Positions 52,164 to 61,335 of a DNA stretch of 64,000 bases are shown here, one piece after another (position 1 is the first letter of the stretch; each line of letters starts with the position of its first letter). Under the pieces are notes generated by a model. The model saw only the letters and a list, made by a program, of their open reading frames with translations. It searched no databases and had not been told where the DNA came from. The translations under genes were made by a program, and so were the position numbers. Origin of the DNA: Mollicutes bacterium. Lineage in GTDB: Bacteria > Bacillota_I > Bacilli_A > Izemoplasmatales > Izemoplasmataceae. Where the stretch lies: positions 3,262 to 67,261 of the forward strand of contig PWHE01000103.1 in the NCBI GenBank assembly GCA_003554735.1. The letters run 5' to 3'.

Positions 52164-52706
52164 TTATCGGATGGTCTTGAGAGCTTGTCCCCAGGTTTCG
52201 ACCTGAGAGAAAAGGGTTTGTAGGTTGTCTTTGTGGATATCACGCGGTTTGAATGTCGAGAACTTCTCGAAGTCGTCAAAAAGTGAGAAGAAAACGTGCG
52301 AACGCACACTCGCTATGTTGAGTTCGCTCAAGACACCTCTCAAATGCTCCGCCGCACGGATGCCGCCACCCGAACCGTACGATACGATTCCGGCCGCCTT
52401 GTGGTACCATGCTTCACGCGCACTGTCCAAAGCGTTTTTGAGCGCCGCGCTCATCGAATGATTGTATTCGCATACGATGAATACGAATGCGTCAAGGGTT
52501 TCAAGTTTGCTGTTCCATTTTTCCACACCGCTTTGATCGTCGGATTCGCCTAAAAGCGGTAACTGATAATCCTTGATATCGATGAGTTCGTAGTTGTGGT
52601 TTCTTTCACGTGCCTGCTCAAGGATATATTCTCCGACTTGGGGGGATACGCGACCTTTTCTGGTGGAGCCGAGTATGATTCCGATGTTGAGTTTCTGATT
52701 TGCCAT
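52164..52706 (-). CDS. NADPH-dependent FMN reductase
   Basis: LNIGIILGSTRKGRVSPQV and EYNHSMSAALKNALD. ATG 52706 follows AGGAG. Confidence 0.85.
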   Translation of the reverse strand: MANQKLNIGIILGSTRKGRVSPQVGEYILEQARERNHNYELIDIKDYQLPLLGESDDQSGVEKWNSKLETLDAFVFIVCEYNHSMSAALKNALDSAREAWYHKAAGIVSYGSGGGIRAAEHLRGVLSELNIASVRSHVFFSLFDDFEKFSTFKPRDIHKDNLQTLFSQVETWGQALKTIR

Positions 52707-52868
52707 AACAATACTCCTAGAAATTTTATTGTGCTTCATTAACAGTATAGACCTTATTGAAATACTGTTCAATTTATACGCGTTTTGAGTCATGGTGGGA
52801 TTTTACAGTGTCATAACAACACAAAGCGTTCCCAAACATGTTAAAATAAAATAAAAGGAGGGAATTTT

Positions 52869-53402
52869 ATGTGGATAGCGATTGGTGTCATCATTGCACT
52901 GGCGATCATCTTCGCCATACTCTGGATTCTCGACCCGAGGAGTGAACGACTCCCCTCCGAAGTAAGAAAATTCCAGTACTGGCTTGACAAGCATCGCTCC
53001 AAGCTTCCTGATGATGCCGCAAAACGTCTTGAAGAGTCGATACGAACCGTTAATGAGATTTACGAGAAAAGAATGGACCGAAGCTTCATATTCTATGGAA
53101 CCTGTTGCAGGGTGGAACTGCGCGACGCTTATGAAGATCTCTTCAGGGTTCACTACGAAATCTACCGGAAACATATAGACAAGAACGCTACCAAAGATGA
53201 AGCGTACAAGGCGCTTGATGATGTCACGTTGCGAAAGTTCTCCACCGGACAGTCCGTCTATGTCCCCAAACTGGACTTTCATGGAATCATCCAGTCCGTG
53301 AATGACGATGATACCTACACGGTCTGCGACGTTGCCGAGCGCTGTCATCGGGTGAAAGAGAACGAAATCATCCCGAAAGAAGAAGGGAAGGATTTGGAAT
53401 GA
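52869..53402 (+). CDS. membrane-anchored hypothetical protein
   Basis: N-terminal TM helix MWIAIGVIIALAIIFAILWIL. The remainder is a charged helical region and a small beta-rich C-terminus. I recognised no family. Confidence 0.55.
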   Translation: MWIAIGVIIALAIIFAILWILDPRSERLPSEVRKFQYWLDKHRSKLPDDAAKRLEESIRTVNEIYEKRMDRSFIFYGTCCRVELRDAYEDLFRVHYEIYRKHIDKNATKDEAYKALDDVTLRKFSTGQSVYVPKLDFHGIIQSVNDDDTYTVCDVAERCHRVKENEIIPKEEGKDLE

Positions 53403-54115
53403 AAACCATCTTTACAGGACTTGGCGGTACGGTCGCACCAGTCGTCGCTGATTATTTTACCGCCCACAAACACACCATCAAGCGATATGATCGCGATGTG
53501 GTCGGAACGGAAGACTATGGCAGAATAAAGACCTTTCTTGAGACGGAATCCCCAGACATGTTTCTTCATTTCGCCCTCGGCGATGCCGAATGGGCGGAGA
53601 TGCTGGCGCAAGCCTGCAAAACGATGAACATCAAATTCATCTATATCTCGACGGTATCCGTCTATGGCGACCACCAGGTCGGACCTTTCACACCGAACGT
53701 CATCCCGGAACCATCAAGCGATTACGGGAAATACAAGCTCGAATGTGAAGTGCGCGTCAAAAAAGCCAATCCCGATACAACCATCATCCGGATCGGCTGG
53801 CAGATCGGCACGCGGCCCGGGTCCAACAACATGATTGACTACCTTGACAAGCAGATGAAACAATACGGAGTTGTTAAAGCCAGCACACAGTTCTATCCTT
53901 CAGCGTCTTTTCTGGACGTGACAGCGAAAGCCATTTATGACATCGCAGGCTTGAGCCCCGATCTATACCACGTCAACAGCAATCTGGACAAAAGTTTCTA
54001 TGACATTGTGAACATTCTCAAATCGGACCATCCTTTCATCAAAGTCAAGAAAACCGACAAGCCTCAACTCGACCACCGCATGGAGGATTCGCGCCTCACC
54101 ATTGAACGCATATGA
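53399..54115 (+). CDS. RmlD-like NAD(P)-dependent sugar-nucleotide reductase/epimerase family protein
   Basis: Short-chain fold with SDYGKYKLECE (YxxxK). 4-nt overlap (ATGA) with the upstream gene. Confidence 0.6.
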   Translation: MKTIFTGLGGTVAPVVADYFTAHKHTIKRYDRDVVGTEDYGRIKTFLETESPDMFLHFALGDAEWAEMLAQACKTMNIKFIYISTVSVYGDHQVGPFTPNVIPEPSSDYGKYKLECEVRVKKANPDTTIIRIGWQIGTRPGSNNMIDYLDKQMKQYGVVKASTQFYPSASFLDVTAKAIYDIAGLSPDLYHVNSNLDKSFYDIVNILKSDHPFIKVKKTDKPQLDHRMEDSRLTIERI

Positions 54116-54160
54116 AAAAACGACCATCCGCAGTGAAACATGCGGATGGTCGTTTTCTTT
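54115..54160. terminator. bidirectional terminator
   Basis: 12-bp stem CGACCATCCGCA / TGCGGATGGTCG (54121-54132 / 54141-54152), flanked by an A-run and a T-run. Confidence 0.85.
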
Positions 54161-55187
54161 AAGGTCGACCGGAAGGATGCTTGAGCGACCGCTGTTCAAT
54201 ATAATCGAGCAGTCGTCCATCCAGAACGACAGGCTTATCCTTAAGCGCCGCCAACGATTTTGCGCCGAGGACCGCCATGATCCCTTTAAGTTCATCGATC
54301 AGGTCCTCAACTCGTTCGACCGCCGTTTCTAGCGGGTGTTCATGCACAAGTTTGAGAAAGAACCCGGACATTCCGACCATGGACGCGCCGAGCCTGATCG
54401 CCTTGAGGATATCCATTGCATCTCTGACCCCTCCGCTGGCAAGAATCTCCATCTCCGCGCTTGCGCTTGTTTCAAGCAAACTCTCGACTGTTGAGAGTCC
54501 GAAATCGTCGAAATAATCCAACCGCCGTTTGCGACGTGCATTCTCAATCTTCGAAAAATTGGTTCCGCCGCGCCCGGCCACATCGATGACTCCCACACCG
54601 AGCGTCAAAAGTTTTTTGATGGTTTCGCCGGAAAGTCCGAAACCGACTTCCTTGACGATAATCGGAACATCAAGCGTTCTGCAAAGTGCGCTTATGTTGG
54701 ATTCGTGCATTGAAAAATCCCTGTCGCCTTCGGGCATGACGATTTCCTGGACGTTGTTCAAATGGATTTGAAGTGCATCGGCACAGATCAGTTCGACCGC
54801 TTTCTTCGCTTTTTCCGGCGATACTTCCGCACCGAGATTCGCCATCACAAACCCCTTTGGGTTATGATCCCTGACAACGGTGAACGAATCCTCCCACCGT
54901 TTGTCCCTGATGGCGGCCGATATCGAACCCAGGGCCATGGGGATGTCGAAATGGGCGGCCAGCTTCGAAAGCTTGGCGTTTAATTCACGGGCCTTATCGC
55001 TGCCACCGGTCATGGCGTTGATATAAAACGGGAGCGGAAACGTCTTGCCGGCCATGCCGCTTTTCAGATCGACGTCTTGCACGTTCACGGCACTGAGCGC
55101 ATCATGAACAAATCGCACACGGTCGAAATCGTTCGTCGTGTGGGACTGTGTGAGCGCACCTTGAATATGGTCATCCTTACGATTCAT
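54159..55187 (-). CDS. fni: type 2 isopentenyl-diphosphate delta-isomerase
   Basis: NRKDDHI, MTGG, FVMANLG, VKEVGFG, VAGRGGTNF, ASGGVR motifs. Confidence 0.92.
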   Translation of the reverse strand: MNRKDDHIQGALTQSHTTNDFDRVRFVHDALSAVNVQDVDLKSGMAGKTFPLPFYINAMTGGSDKARELNAKLSKLAAHFDIPMALGSISAAIRDKRWEDSFTVVRDHNPKGFVMANLGAEVSPEKAKKAVELICADALQIHLNNVQEIVMPEGDRDFSMHESNISALCRTLDVPIIVKEVGFGLSGETIKKLLTLGVGVIDVAGRGGTNFSKIENARRKRRLDYFDDFGLSTVESLLETSASAEMEILASGGVRDAMDILKAIRLGASMVGMSGFFLKLVHEHPLETAVERVEDLIDELKGIMAVLGAKSLAALKDKPVVLDGRLLDYIEQRSLKHPSGRP

Positions 55188-56193
55188 CAAATCCCCTCCG
55201 CTCATAACCGATCAACGTGTAGCCCAATGCTTCAAGTTTTTCCGCGGCATTTTCTTTATCCGTTTCGTTTTCAAAGAAGGCGAGCACATTGTCGCCCCCG
55301 CCCGCTCCGGAGAACTTCACTCTCGCCCGGAACGGTGTCAAATGCTTTTCAATCGTGCGCATCGCTTCGGTGAAAAGCGTCATGTTGACATGGTTCTCGC
55401 TGTCATCCATCAATGAACGAAGTTTTTCGATGGTCTCATGTGGCTTTTCCCCAAGACGGAGCTTGTTGAAAAGCTCCAAAGAAAGCAAGTCCGACTCATC
55501 GGTAAAAATGGTCTTATAGTGTCCGCTGATGGCGTGGTTGAACGATTCTACCAGTCGCTTCGACTTGGCGGGGGTTCCGGTGTTCACAACGAGCATGTGA
55601 AGCTTCTTGGGCGTGAACGGTCGGATTTCAAGATTCATCCAGGGCATGTCGATCAGCACATCGGAGGGAAGATGCATATGGTTTTTCAGCCATGCGCTAT
55701 CGAATTTCCTGTAAAGCAACCATTGCCGGCAGGCGGCCAAAGCGAGATCTCCATAGGATGTAAAATGTTCTTCATCGATCATCGCGAGCACCGAGAGTTT
55801 ATAAAGGGCGAGATCGGACAGGTTGATTTTATGGAAGGAAAGCACGGTCTTGATCATGCCAAGCGTCAAAGCCGCGCTTGATCCAAGGCCGAGCTTTTGC
55901 CCTTCGATGTCGAGTGCGCTGTCCACTTCGAGGTGGAATGGGGAGAAAGGGACTCCGGTTTCATCAAGATACCGCCTGATCATGACATATGCTTTACGCA
56001 AGGGATTCGGCATCGGATGAGAACTCTCAAGATAGAATGCTTCTCCGTATTTCAACGAATGCACCAGGGGTTCCTCGGCCTTACGGATTTCAAAACGCAT
56101 GGTATGCAGTGATGGAGCCAAGATGGCATGCGCCCCGTAGACGACGGCGTATTCACCGCTTATGAACAGTTTTCCGGGGATGTCAACCTTCAT
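55177..56193 (-). CDS. phosphomevalonate kinase (GHMP family)
   Basis: PGKLFISGEYAVVYG and GLGSSAALT. It overlaps fni and mvaD by 11 nt each. Confidence 0.85.
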   Translation of the reverse strand: MKVDIPGKLFISGEYAVVYGAHAILAPSLHTMRFEIRKAEEPLVHSLKYGEAFYLESSHPMPNPLRKAYVMIRRYLDETGVPFSPFHLEVDSALDIEGQKLGLGSSAALTLGMIKTVLSFHKINLSDLALYKLSVLAMIDEEHFTSYGDLALAACRQWLLYRKFDSAWLKNHMHLPSDVLIDMPWMNLEIRPFTPKKLHMLVVNTGTPAKSKRLVESFNHAISGHYKTIFTDESDLLSLELFNKLRLGEKPHETIEKLRSLMDDSENHVNMTLFTEAMRTIEKHLTPFRARVKFSGAGGGDNVLAFFENETDKENAAEKLEALGYTLIGYERRGFDES

Positions 56194-57124
56194 CGTCAAT
56201 GAAGGCCCCTCTCTTGGCGGGTCTGCCGACATGAAGGTCGCTGAAACCGCCCTCTCTCAGGGCGTTTAGCACCGTATCGAGGTCATGTTTCCTGCTGATC
56301 ACTTTCACATTCGGTCCGGCATCCATCGTGTAGAAACATTCCGTTTTGTTCTGGCGCAATCCATCGATAATCCGTATGACCTCCATTGTCTCATCCTTCA
56401 AATAGACGATGGGTGGGGTGGCCGCAAGCATGGATGCGTGCATCGCCATCGCATTGGATTGGGCGGTGTCGCCGACAGTATCGAAATCGCCTTCCATCAA
56501 GGCTGTACAGAGCGTGTTCGCATCACGGTTTGCGATGTCGATCCAGGCCGGAAAGTAAGGCGATGTGGTGACAGTATGGGCCATGGCCTCACGGGAGGGC
56601 ATCACTTTCTTATCCCCCGTAAGCAGTACGACCACGAGGACGTAATCCTCAATCGGTGCGGCCAGCGTCTCGACGGTTCCGTCGTTGCGCCAGCGCACCA
56701 CGCCCCCATAGAGGCTTCGCACTGCCGAACCGCTTCCCTTTCGCGTCACGGCTTCCAGTTGCTCCTTGTCGAAGGCGGTGTTGAAAAAGCGGTTGGCAGC
56801 GACGGCGAGGGCGCTAAAGCCTGACGCACTCGATGCGAGTCCAGCCGCGGTCGGAAAGGTGTTCTGCGAGATGACTTTGACCGTGTCGACATCGTCCGTG
56901 AAGTGTTTCAAAAACTGTTTGACCCGTTCGCTGTCTTTTTCGCTTGCCGGATTGTTGTTCAGCACAAAACTGAACGATGAAGCGGACTGCAAGATGGTAT
57001 GAGTCTTGAATATGTCCCATGTGACGGACACCGAATCATTGAAGGGAATCACCTTTTCACTATCTTTTTTGCCCCAGTATTTGACAAGGGCGAAATTGGC
57101 GTATGATGTGGATTTTACAAACAT
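56183..57124 (-). CDS. mvaD: diphosphomevalonate decarboxylase
   Basis: ANFALVKYWGKKD, TFPTAAGLASSASG, FYTMDAGPNV. Confidence 0.92.
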   Translation of the reverse strand: MFVKSTSYANFALVKYWGKKDSEKVIPFNDSVSVTWDIFKTHTILQSASSFSFVLNNNPASEKDSERVKQFLKHFTDDVDTVKVISQNTFPTAAGLASSASGFSALAVAANRFFNTAFDKEQLEAVTRKGSGSAVRSLYGGVVRWRNDGTVETLAAPIEDYVLVVVLLTGDKKVMPSREAMAHTVTTSPYFPAWIDIANRDANTLCTALMEGDFDTVGDTAQSNAMAMHASMLAATPPIVYLKDETMEVIRIIDGLRQNKTECFYTMDAGPNVKVISRKHDLDTVLNALREGGFSDLHVGRPAKRGAFIDDEG

Positions 57125-58035
57125 TATGCTTCCTCCCGGAAATTAATTTTCCATGTTCGGACGTTTTCTTCCTTTGTCCAGGCGTCTCGAACGTTTTCAG
57201 CGTCTTTTTCACTGGCGCATAAAGCGATGACACACCCGCCCATACCGCCGCCGGTGAGTTTGCTTGCAATCGCCCCGTGACGCTTCGCGAGATGATTCAG
57301 GCGTTCGATGCGCTCAGTCGAGAGTCCAAGTGCATTCAGTCCTTCCATGGCAGCGTTCATCGCGTCGCCCAGGGCATTGATGTCTTTGGACACCAACGCG
57401 TCCTTGGCCTGAAAAGCGAGGCCCCCGAGGCCATTTATGATCTGCTGGAAATCCTCGGATGTCTCAGTGAGTTTCCTGACATGCGCGACACTTTGACTGG
57501 TCGGTGTCGTCTCACCGCTGTAGGCGATGACCAGGCTTCCGCTGATGGTTATCTCGATCGGTTCGCGTTTGTTTTTCGTGAAAAACCAACCGTGATCGCT
57601 GGTGACGCACAAGGCATCGATGCCGCTTGGGTTCCTGTGGGCCAGTGTTTCTGAGTATTGCACCCATTCATAATGGGTTCTTGAGTCCAATGGGCGGTCA
57701 TTCATCTTATAGACCGCGCTTGTGATCGCCGCGGCGATGGCCGCACTTGAACCGAGTCCCGCCCCGATGGGAATATCGCTTTCGATGATGTAGTGGCAAG
57801 GACCATGCTCGAATGCCGCCTTGAGTTTCCCGATCAGCTTACGGATCGGTTGAAAGAGCGGTGGTGCATCGCTAAGAGGTCCTTCGTACAATGAGGAGAC
57901 AATCACGTCGGTTTCACTGGGTTTCAACCGGCACACAATGCGTGAATCGTTGAACGGGATGGCGATGGCCGGATGACCGTAGACGACACTGTGTTCGCCG
58001 ATCAGGATGATTTTGCCGTGCGCGGTGCCCTCCAT
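57124..58035 (-). CDS. mvk: mevalonate kinase
   Basis: GKIILIGEHSVVYGHPAIAIP, PIGAGLGSSAA, KLTGGGMGGC. ATG 58035 lies 8 nt after GGAGG and 1 nt after the upstream stop. Confidence 0.92.
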   Translation of the reverse strand: MEGTAHGKIILIGEHSVVYGHPAIAIPFNDSRIVCRLKPSETDVIVSSLYEGPLSDAPPLFQPIRKLIGKLKAAFEHGPCHYIIESDIPIGAGLGSSAAIAAAITSAVYKMNDRPLDSRTHYEWVQYSETLAHRNPSGIDALCVTSDHGWFFTKNKREPIEITISGSLVIAYSGETTPTSQSVAHVRKLTETSEDFQQIINGLGGLAFQAKDALVSKDINALGDAMNAAMEGLNALGLSTERIERLNHLAKRHGAIASKLTGGGMGGCVIALCASEKDAENVRDAWTKEENVRTWKINFREEA

Positions 58036-58036
58036 A

Positions 58037-59395
58037 TTACACACCTCCGCTCAGCAACTGTACGATCAGGGGCGCGGCATAGAGGCTCATGAACTGGACG
58101 CCGTAATTGACACCCATGCGATTCAGAGTACCACTGAGCAGTCCGATAAGCAGAACCCCGAAAATATTGATGAGCCCGGCGTCCATATATGCCAGCAGCA
58201 CGATGAATGCGATGAAAAGTCCTAAGACAGCTTCATGAGGAACCTTTTTGAGAATAATGCGGGTGAAATCGACCGCAAATCGGGTAATGAAAAGATACGT
58301 GATGACAAGGGCGATGGTCGCACCGATGACCACAGCGAATGCGAATTGGCCGACACTGAGGATATGGTGGATGTTGTTATCAAGGCTGAAGACCGGTTCC
58401 GCCCTGAAAAGGGCGTTCCCGGGTCCGATTGCGACAGGTGAAAGTGGCGTGCCGAGCGCAAGAAGCGGAATGATGATGCCAGAAAGATAGGTCGCCTGAA
58501 CCACGGCGCTCATGGTAGTGACGGACATGAAGGCACGCTTGATTTTTTCTTTGAAACGTCTTCCGAACGTCTCGCCGACCAGAATGGTCAACCCTACCGG
58601 GGAAAGCACAAAGAAGAAGTTGACAAGAAAACCGCCGATGCCGGCATGCGTGGCTTCTTCACGATTCAAAAGCCTTAAGGGGTTTTTCTCGGGATTGCTG
58701 TCCCTTACCGGGATGGTGATATGTTTCTCGTCTTCGATGATGCTTTCTTCGAACGTTTTTCGGTTCAGAAGCCTGAAAAGTGAAACGAGGAGGGGGCCAA
58801 TGGTGATTCCAAGGAAGAAAGAAACCGTGATTGGTGTCTGATCAGGCACAACACCAAGTCCCCAGTAGAGGTGACGAAGCGCCATGAAAAGCACACTCAA
58901 AGGCACAATGGCGAATAGGGAGAGTATCTTGGCGCGTGAAATGAGACTGAGGAATATCGCGCCGATGATGAACAACCATGCACCATAAGGCGCAATGGCC
59001 TGACCCACCGGTCGAAGCAAGAAGGCGACCGACAGTGAAAGCGGAACGCTGATGATGACGCCAATGGCGCTTGCGGCGGCCATCTTTTTGATGACTTGGG
59101 CGCTCTTGCCGTCTTTTTTGATCTCTATGGCATGTTCGATCATCGCAGAAGACATGACACCGCCCGGCAGGTTGACCAGCGCGGTAGGCATGACATTGGT
59201 GAGGTTCAATGTGACGATCGCGGCGATAAAGAACGCGAGGACCGCCATGGGCTCAACGCCGGCGAGGACGATGGCGAGGGTGATGGGGAGAAGCACACTG
59301 GTTTCATCCGTACCGGGGATGAATCCGATGAACGTGTAGATGGCAACGGCCGCCAAAGCGGCGCCGACAATCCATATGATGAGCGAGGCATCCAT
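58037..59395 (-). CDS. TctA-family (DUF112) tripartite-tricarboxylate-transporter-type permease
   Basis: Polytopic protein. FIGFIPGTDETSVLLPITL and LVNLPGGVMSSAMIEHAIEIKKDGKSAQ match TctA N-terminal repeat patterns. The same stop-1nt-ATG junction occurs on both sides. Confidence 0.75.
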   Translation of the reverse strand: MDASLIIWIVGAALAAVAIYTFIGFIPGTDETSVLLPITLAIVLAGVEPMAVLAFFIAAIVTLNLTNVMPTALVNLPGGVMSSAMIEHAIEIKKDGKSAQVIKKMAAASAIGVIISVPLSLSVAFLLRPVGQAIAPYGAWLFIIGAIFLSLISRAKILSLFAIVPLSVLFMALRHLYWGLGVVPDQTPITVSFFLGITIGPLLVSLFRLLNRKTFEESIIEDEKHITIPVRDSNPEKNPLRLLNREEATHAGIGGFLVNFFFVLSPVGLTILVGETFGRRFKEKIKRAFMSVTTMSAVVQATYLSGIIIPLLALGTPLSPVAIGPGNALFRAEPVFSLDNNIHHILSVGQFAFAVVIGATIALVITYLFITRFAVDFTRIILKKVPHEAVLGLFIAFIVLLAYMDAGLINIFGVLLIGLLSGTLNRMGVNYGVQFMSLYAAPLIVQLLSGGV

Positions 59396-59396
59396 A

Positions 59397-59627
59397 TTAT
59401 CTGTCGCCCTCCTCTTTGGTGATGATTCTGCGAGGTTTGAAAAGAAAGGCGCAAATCAAAAATCCTGAAACGGCGCCACCGATACCGGCGAACAGTCCGA
59501 GTGTGTCATTATCGGATGGTGCAAGCAGATGCGCCCCCATGGTGAGGGTGGTAATAATCACTATCGAAAAGACCAGGGCTTTGGCTTCAACCACATCGCC
59601 CCAGATCTCCAGTAAAGATTTTTTCAT
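59397..59627 (-). CDS. small two-TM membrane protein (possible TctB-like partner)
   Basis: First gene of the operon. ATG 59627 follows AGGAG. The stop lies 1 nt before the TctA-like ATG. Confidence 0.5.
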   Translation of the reverse strand: MKKSLLEIWGDVVEAKALVFSIVIITTLTMGAHLLAPSDNDTLGLFAGIGGAVSGFLICAFLFKPRRIITKEEGDR

Positions 59628-59778
59628 TATTGAATACACTCCTAGATATTATATTTTAGACTAAATATACCTCGATTATAACCAATCCGTGCCCTAAAGT
59701 GAAATTATACACAAAACCAATCAACCTGTTTGACACATCACGCCTCTTAAACTAAACTGAAAGTGAGGGGGTGACACC

Positions 59779-60327
59779 ATGAAGTGGAAGGTAAAAGATA
59801 AGGAAATCATCACGCTCGTCGGGGATATCGCATCGCAGGAATCCTATGACGCTGTGGTGAATGCGGCGAACAAAGACTTGCGCACCGGCGGCGGTGTGGC
59901 CGGCGCCATTCACCGCAAGGCGGGCCCTGAACTCGAAACGGCTACGCGCGCTTACGCGCCGATCGAAGTCAGCGAAGCGGTGACGACCCAGGCGTTCGAT
60001 CTCCCCTACAAAAAGGTGATTCATGCGCTGGGCCCAGTGTTCGGCGTTGACAATCCGTCGGATCGGCTCTTGAAGCGCACCTATGAGAATATCTTCAACG
60101 AACTCAGACGTCGAAACATCGTTTCGGTGTGTGTGCCTGCCATATCGACAGGCGCTTTCGGCTATCCTCTTCGGGAAGCCGCACTGATCGCCCTTAAGAC
60201 ACTGGACGAAAATCTCGCTCGTCTTCGCGAACTCGACCGGATCGCCTTTGTCCTATATGATCAGGATGCTTATGAGCTTTACAACCGGATACTCGAAGAA
60301 CTTTATGGAGAAGGGGAGGAAACCTGA
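59779..60327 (+). CDS. macro-domain protein (ADP-ribose / O-acetyl-ADP-ribose binding or hydrolase)
   Basis: VVNAANKDLRTGGGVAGAIHRKAGPEL and IHALGPVF, PAISTGAFGYP. Confidence 0.88.
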   Translation: MKWKVKDKEIITLVGDIASQESYDAVVNAANKDLRTGGGVAGAIHRKAGPELETATRAYAPIEVSEAVTTQAFDLPYKKVIHALGPVFGVDNPSDRLLKRTYENIFNELRRRNIVSVCVPAISTGAFGYPLREAALIALKTLDENLARLRELDRIAFVLYDQDAYELYNRILEELYGEGEET

Positions 60328-60365
60328 TTCGTCGATCCCTACTACGACTTAACACGGAGGAAACA

Positions 60366-60698
60366 ATGAAGCGAAATCTCAAGGAACGTTTTGAAGACAG
60401 ATCAATGTTGTTCATGATCACCATGATCATCGGCTTGAACATGTTCGTCCTCACCCTCGGGGCGGTCATCTATTTCTACCTGATCGGTTTTACGTTGCTC
60501 GCACTCGCTCTGACCGGTGCCGCAGCAATGCTGTTCTTGCTTCCCTATGGCATGACGTATTATTACAGGGGAGAAGTCAAAAGGCTTTCAGAAACCATGC
60601 TCGACAATGTATTTTTGGCGGCATTCTCACTCTCGAGCACCATTGTGGGTGTCGCTGTGCTCATCATCAACACTCTCATCGAAACCCCCACAGGATGA
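60366..60698 (+). CDS. small three-TM membrane protein
   Basis: RBS ACGGAGGAA. Hydrophobic 110-aa ORF. Confidence 0.5.
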   Translation: MKRNLKERFEDRSMLFMITMIIGLNMFVLTLGAVIYFYLIGFTLLALALTGAAAMLFLLPYGMTYYYRGEVKRLSETMLDNVFLAAFSLSSTIVGVAVLIINTLIETPTG

Positions 60699-60727
60699 CA
60701 AAGTCAAAACCCTAGGAGGAAATTCAT

Positions 60728-61033
60728 ATGTGGGTCGTACCTGTAGTATTTGTAGCAGTGCTTGTCATTGCTTTGGTGGCCGGCTGGATCTATCAAGTCA
60801 AGACGGTCCCGAAAGGCTACAACCGCGAAAAAGGAAGAAAGGATAAAGACTCGACACATTTCGACATCAACGATCTTCCGAGTTCAAAACACAAGCAAAC
60901 CGACATCGCTCCAAACGATGTCACACAACACGATGATTACATTTCGGAAGCATCCGAGGAGGCGGAAGAACTTCCCAGAGACGAACAAGATGCAAAAGCG
61001 GCGCAAACAAAACGCCAAGTCAATAAGAAGTAG
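60728..61033 (+). CDS. single-TM protein with a charged, low-complexity tail
   Basis: RBS TAGGAGGAA. N-terminal TM helix, then a K/D/E-rich tail. Confidence 0.5.
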   Translation: MWVVPVVFVAVLVIALVAGWIYQVKTVPKGYNREKGRKDKDSTHFDINDLPSSKHKQTDIAPNDVTQHDDYISEASEEAEELPRDEQDAKAAQTKRQVNKK

Positions 61034-61077
61034 CCCTTTGGTCACGCTTACATGACCGTGGCGTCTCAATGCAAATG

Positions 61078-61105
61078 AAGCGGACGGATTCGTCCGCTTT
61101 TTTTA
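61078..61105 (+). terminator. intrinsic terminator
   Basis: AAGCGGACG-gatt-CGTCCGCTT followed by TTTTT. Confidence 0.85.
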
Positions 61106-61132
61106 TGTAAAACCCTTTCACGATGCAAAGCA

Positions 61133-61161
61133 TTGACACCCCCTTGGTTAAGGCTTATAAT
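61133..61161 (+). promoter_or_regulatory. consensus sigma-A promoter TTGACA-17-TATAAT
   Basis: TTGACA at 61133-61138 and TATAAT at 61156-61161, upstream of the S-box leader. Confidence 0.8.
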
Positions 61162-61179
61162 GCTCTCAAAAGCAAATAC

Positions 61180-61320
61180 AATTTCATTCAGAGCCGTGGA
61201 GGCGAGGTAACCTTCGAAGCGGCAGCAACCTATTTGATTAGGTGCTTTTACCGAGGGGCTTTGGCCCATCAATGAATGGTGTGTGAACGCAGCCCTTCAT
61301 TGAAAAGGCTGCTTTTTTTA
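61180..61320 (+). promoter_or_regulatory. SAM-I (S-box) riboswitch with terminator
   Basis: P1 TTCATT...AATGAA, GAGCCGTGGAGG, GGCAGCAACC, TAGGTGCTTTTACC and a GGGC/GCCC helix. Terminator GCAGCC...GGCTGC plus T7 at 61289-61319. It lies upstream of metNIQ. Confidence 0.7.
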
Positions 61321-61335
61321 TTCATTATAACGGAG

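Noticed and set aside
61276-61335. ORF-track start of metN at 61276.
   Set aside because: This stretch contains the S-box terminator (61289-61319) and cannot be translated as part of metN. The real start is 61336-61345.
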